A stretch of DNA of 63,499 nt, counting the filler, from an uncultured bacterium (lineage in GTDB: Bacteria; CAZSTA01): assembly GCA_964609495.1 (NCBI GenBank). It is 5 parts of 5 records of this genome, joined end to end, with 100 filler letters (N's around TTAATTAATTAA, not from the genome) between each part and the next. Parts side by side here need not be neighbours in the genome. Positions count along the whole stretch, not along the records: positions 51,387 to 63,499 come from CAZSTA010000104.1; 4 more parts are not named here. One strand, given 5' to 3'. Of this stretch, positions 60,138 through 63,499 are shown piece after piece. A model generated the notes under the pieces. The model had not been told where the DNA came from, did no database searches, and saw only the letters and a program-made list of their open reading frames with translations. The position numbers were made by a program, and so were the translations under genes. How positions within the stretch are numbered: position 1 is the stretch's first letter; each line of letters opens with the position of its first letter.

Positions 60138-61626
60138 TAATAATTTGTCCTGCTTTAGCTCCGTTATATTCCACTCTATCCAGCGATAGCACGCCGTTTA
60201 CAAGGACATACTCAATTCCTTCAGGATAATTGACCGGGTCTTCGTAAGTAGCGGAATCCTTGATCTCGGCAAGATCAAATATCACTAGATCGGCTATTGC
60301 TCCCTCCTTTATCACTCCTCTCCCCTCAAATTTAAATCTCTTCGCGGGAAGATAGGTCATCTTCCTGATCGCTTCTTCTAAGGTCAACATCTTCTCCTCT
60401 CTCACATATCTAGCTATCATTCGAGCAAAAGTGCCAAAAGTTCGAGGGTGAGCAGATTCTAACGGTTTCCCCTCCGCTATATCGGCATCACTTCCGATCA
60501 TTACGTAGGGTTTGCTTAGAATTGCTTTGATATTATCCTCTGACATTATACCTCTGAATATCGAAGGGATACCTGTTCCCAGCATCTCACCGCCTAATAG
60601 GGCTAGCTCTATAGCGGCTTCCCTTGGCAGAATTCCCCAATCCTCGCTTATCTGGGCTAAGCTCTTACCAAAAATATCGGGTTTGACATCCGAGAAGATC
60701 ATAATATCCTCGGGAGGAATAAAATCGCGGAATAATTCGTCCAGCTCTATCTTAACCTGCTTTCTGCTCTCAGGATCGGTTAGGTTTCTCCTCATCGCCT
60801 CATTTTCAAATACCCAATAGGGGAACAATTGAGTTAGAATAGCCTTGCCACTATCATAAGGGTAGGCATCCGCACTGATATCAATTCCCTCCGATAGGCT
60901 CTTATCTATTAAGTCGAGTAGCTCTTTATTCTTTGACCAGTTCGCCCTCCACGCGGTTTTGAGATGAGATATTTGAAGAGGTATCCCTGTCCTACGACTG
61001 ACCTCGATGACCTCCCTTGTTGCCTCTACCGTCTCGGTCTCCTCACTACGTCGGTGAGAGGCGTGAAGTCCACCACATTCAATTACAACTCGGCAAAGCT
61101 CGATGATCTCCTCGGTATCAGCATAGTGGGCTGGGACGTAGCGTAAGCCCGTGGATAATCCTAAAGCCCCCTCCCTCATAGCCTTTCTGACTAGGGATTT
61201 CATCTCTTCCATCTGCTCAGGATCGGGTTTATCAGGAGACATCCCCATAACCTCTTTGCGAAGGGTGGTATGACCAAAGAGAAGACTATAATTAAAAGCT
61301 ATCCCTTTCCCCTCAACTCTCCTGAAGTGTTCGCCGATATCTAAGGGAGATTCCCCGCAATTCCCCCCTATAACCGTGGTTATTCCCTGGCGGATGAGAT
61401 GTTCATCGATCTCCTTACGAAATATGCCAAATTCATAGTGAGTATGGACGTCAATGAAGCCGGGAGAGATGATAAGCCCTTCGGCATCGATCACCTTCTC
61501 GGCGTCATCACCGAGATTGCCGATATTGATTATCTTATTCCCCTTTATTCCCACATCTGCCTGATAACTCTCCTCGCCAGTTCCGTCTATTATGTTTCCA
61601 TCTTTGATGATTATATCATACATCAT
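60121..61626 (-). CDS. N-acyl-D-amino-acid deacylase (amidohydrolase)
   Basis: PGFIDVHTH, GNCG, STGL.Y.P, SHLK, GSD, HPR.FG. Confidence 0.9.
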   Translation of the reverse strand: MMYDIIIKDGNIIDGTGEESYQADVGIKGNKIINIGNLGDDAEKVIDAEGLIISPGFIDVHTHYEFGIFRKEIDEHLIRQGITTVIGGNCGESPLDIGEHFRRVEGKGIAFNYSLLFGHTTLRKEVMGMSPDKPDPEQMEEMKSLVRKAMREGALGLSTGLRYVPAHYADTEEIIELCRVVIECGGLHASHRRSEETETVEATREVIEVSRRTGIPLQISHLKTAWRANWSKNKELLDLIDKSLSEGIDISADAYPYDSGKAILTQLFPYWVFENEAMRRNLTDPESRKQVKIELDELFRDFIPPEDIMIFSDVKPDIFGKSLAQISEDWGILPREAAIELALLGGEMLGTGIPSIFRGIMSEDNIKAILSKPYVMIGSDADIAEGKPLESAHPRTFGTFARMIARYVREEKMLTLEEAIRKMTYLPAKRFKFEGRGVIKEGAIADLVIFDLAEIKDSATYEDPVNYPEGIEYVLVNGVLSLDRVEYNGAKAGQIIRSVLP

Positions 61627-61664
61627 AAGCGATCCTTTCTTTGAGACCCTTCCGCCTCCCCTTT

Positions 61665-62486
61665 TTATCTCCCCCAATCGCGTGCGTAGCGGAAATCCCG
61701 ATCTATCGTTCTCTTCGATACTTTAGCGATAACTGGCAGTCGCCTTTTATACTGGGAACTCCTCACCTTCTCGTGAACTTTTAGGACGAAATTCTCAGCG
61801 AATCCAGCATCTATAAGCTCATCTAAGCTATACCTTTCATCTACCATTAGGTGAAGCAATCTATCCACATCCTCATAGGTGAAGCCCAATTCGCCCTCAT
61901 CCGTCTGACCGAGCCAGAGATCGGCGCTGGGTTTCTTCCCGATGATTCTCTCAGGAACACCTAGATGCCTTGCTAATTGACGAACTTGAGTCTTGTATAT
62001 ATCACCCAGGGGATTAATAGCTGAGGCCATATCGCCGAAGAGCGTTCCGTATCCCAACAATAACTCCGTCTTATTACTAGTGCCGATGACAAGCGCTCCC
62101 CACTCAACCGATTGATCATAGAGGATCGTCATCCTCTCCCGAGCCATCTTATTACCTCGACGTATGTTATCCGCATCGGGAAAGATCGCAAAGTAGCTAT
62201 CGATCATCGGGGTGATCTCCAATTCTCTATAATTAATTCCTAACTCGTTCACCACCACTAAGGCATCTTCCCTGCTCTGAGGATTACTGGTTTTATAGGG
62301 CATTATCACCGCCATAACGTTCTCTGGACCTAAAGCTCTCTTAGCCAGATAGGTTACCGTAGATGAGTCTATCCCTCCCGATAAGGCTATTATCCCTCTG
62401 GTAAAGCCCACTTTATATATCTCATCCTGGATAAAGCCTACTAATAGGCGCTCCAATAACTCAGTATTTACGTCTAAGCCGCTCAT
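61665..62486 (-). CDS. nadE: NAD+ synthetase (synthetase subunit)
   Basis: SGGIDS, GN..AR.RM, GTSNKTE, PSADLW..QTDE. Confidence 0.95.
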   Translation of the reverse strand: MSGLDVNTELLERLLVGFIQDEIYKVGFTRGIIALSGGIDSSTVTYLAKRALGPENVMAVIMPYKTSNPQSREDALVVVNELGINYRELEITPMIDSYFAIFPDADNIRRGNKMARERMTILYDQSVEWGALVIGTSNKTELLLGYGTLFGDMASAINPLGDIYKTQVRQLARHLGVPERIIGKKPSADLWLGQTDEGELGFTYEDVDRLLHLMVDERYSLDELIDAGFAENFVLKVHEKVRSSQYKRRLPVIAKVSKRTIDRDFRYARDWGR

Positions 62487-63321
62487 CCTGAATCCTCCTT
62501 AGCTCGTTAATAGTCAGGTTCAAATTCTCATCTCTTAACATAGGCGAGACCATTCTCTCGCGCCTAATGACACTATCATCTATCTCGGCTATAAATAAAC
62601 CCTCCGCGAAGAACTCAGCTTTGAGAACTTCTTTACATGAGGGATCGATTATCTCCGATCCTCCCCAGAAGTTCACTCCATCCTCATATCCAACTCGATT
62701 GACATATATTATATAGACTGTGAAGAACTGAGCATAAGTTCTATTCAACCTCTCCCAACTCTCAGCACTGGAGAGTTTAGGTTCAGTTGATATCCCTCGC
62801 CCGGGACTACAGGAGATATTTATCAGATAATCAGCCCTATCCTGCACCGCGATATAGGCGGCCGAAGGATGCCAGAAGTCCTCACAGATCAGAAGCCCCA
62901 TTCTGCCGAAATCGGTATCGAAAGCCTTGATGTTATCTCCCCTAGCTAAGTATCGCAACTCGTCGAACATCCCATAGGTGGGGAGATAAACCTTGCGATG
63001 AATATGCTTTATCTCCTCGTTCTGGATATAGATCGCGGAATTATAGAAGCGACAATGCTTCGATTCCTCAACAAAGCCGAATATTAGAGCCAGATCGCGA
63101 GCCTCTGATCTTAGCTCCTCTATTATCTTGCTATCTAAATCCAGGGCGACATCCGTCACCAAATCTTTCAGATGATAACCAGTAAGGCTCAATTCTGGAA
63201 AGATAAGAAGATCTACATCCTCTTCCTTAGCTCTAGCGATATAATCTATATGTTCCTTCAAGTTCTCATTTATATTTCCCAAGGTGGGTTTAATTTGAGC
63301 TAACCCTACTCTGAATTTCAC
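62461..63321 (-). CDS. Nitrilase-family glutaminase partner of NadE
   Basis: [29 protein letters not shown]; overlaps nadE start. Confidence 0.88.
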   Translation of the reverse strand: MKFRVGLAQIKPTLGNINENLKEHIDYIARAKEEDVDLLIFPELSLTGYHLKDLVTDVALDLDSKIIEELRSEARDLALIFGFVEESKHCRFYNSAIYIQNEEIKHIHRKVYLPTYGMFDELRYLARGDNIKAFDTDFGRMGLLICEDFWHPSAAYIAVQDRADYLINISCSPGRGISTEPKLSSAESWERLNRTYAQFFTVYIIYVNRVGYEDGVNFWGGSEIIDPSCKEVLKAEFFAEGLFIAEIDDSVIRRERMVSPMLRDENLNLTINELRRIQDERLRRKY

Positions 63322-63499
63322 TTAGTCGTCCTCCTCAAAGTTATTATCTAATACCTTTGAATCTTAGCAAATTTAATTATCTTTGTCAATAATATTGCTA
63401 AATTTCTTGAATTATGCTATAATTTCGAATATATAGGAGTGGATGGAAGTATGTAAAATTTCGTGCTAGTAGATTTTTACTAAGAAGTCAAGATGTGAT

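Overview
This window is not one locus. It joins five ~12-13 kb assembly pieces (1-12940, 13041-25875, 25976-38792, 38893-51286, 51387-63499) with artificial N-TTAATTAATTAA-N spacers, and looks like a MAG of an uncultured, probably diderm and anaerobic bacterium. Piece 1 holds a TPR gene, an MNT/HEPN toxin-antitoxin pair with a frameshifted toxin, a Zn-ribbon plus membrane-protein pair, and a sulfatase/UroD-like/glycosidase/oxidoreductase/MFS catabolic operon. Piece 2 holds msbA-like, rfbD, glycosyltransferase and O-antigen-ligase envelope genes. Piece 3 is the highlight, a tryptophan locus carrying two different Trp sensors side by side. (i) trpS has an unannotated 30-aa leader peptide with a WWWRW motif and two tandem terminators that share stem arms, so disrupting the first could disrupt the second. 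The TrpRS has KMSKS replaced by MMHTS. (ii) A DUF72-mtrB(TRAP)-attenuator-trpEGDC-HD-trpB2-trpF-fumarase beta-trpB-trpA operon carries a (U/G)AG-repeat TRAP site inside an antiterminator/terminator switch, plus further NAG arrays over ribosome-binding sites. Pieces 4-5 hold an ABC solute-binding protein, IS relics, a STAND-like ATPase-HEAT protein, three PEGA-repeat proteins (one a Ser/Thr kinase), an LRR protein, glpK, GH42, two methyltransferases (one with an in-frame amber codon), a D-aminoacylase and a split NAD synthetase. A ~110-bp BoxC/triplex-like interspersed repeat recurs in all five pieces. All family calls come from motif recognition by eye, and no searches or folding programs were run.
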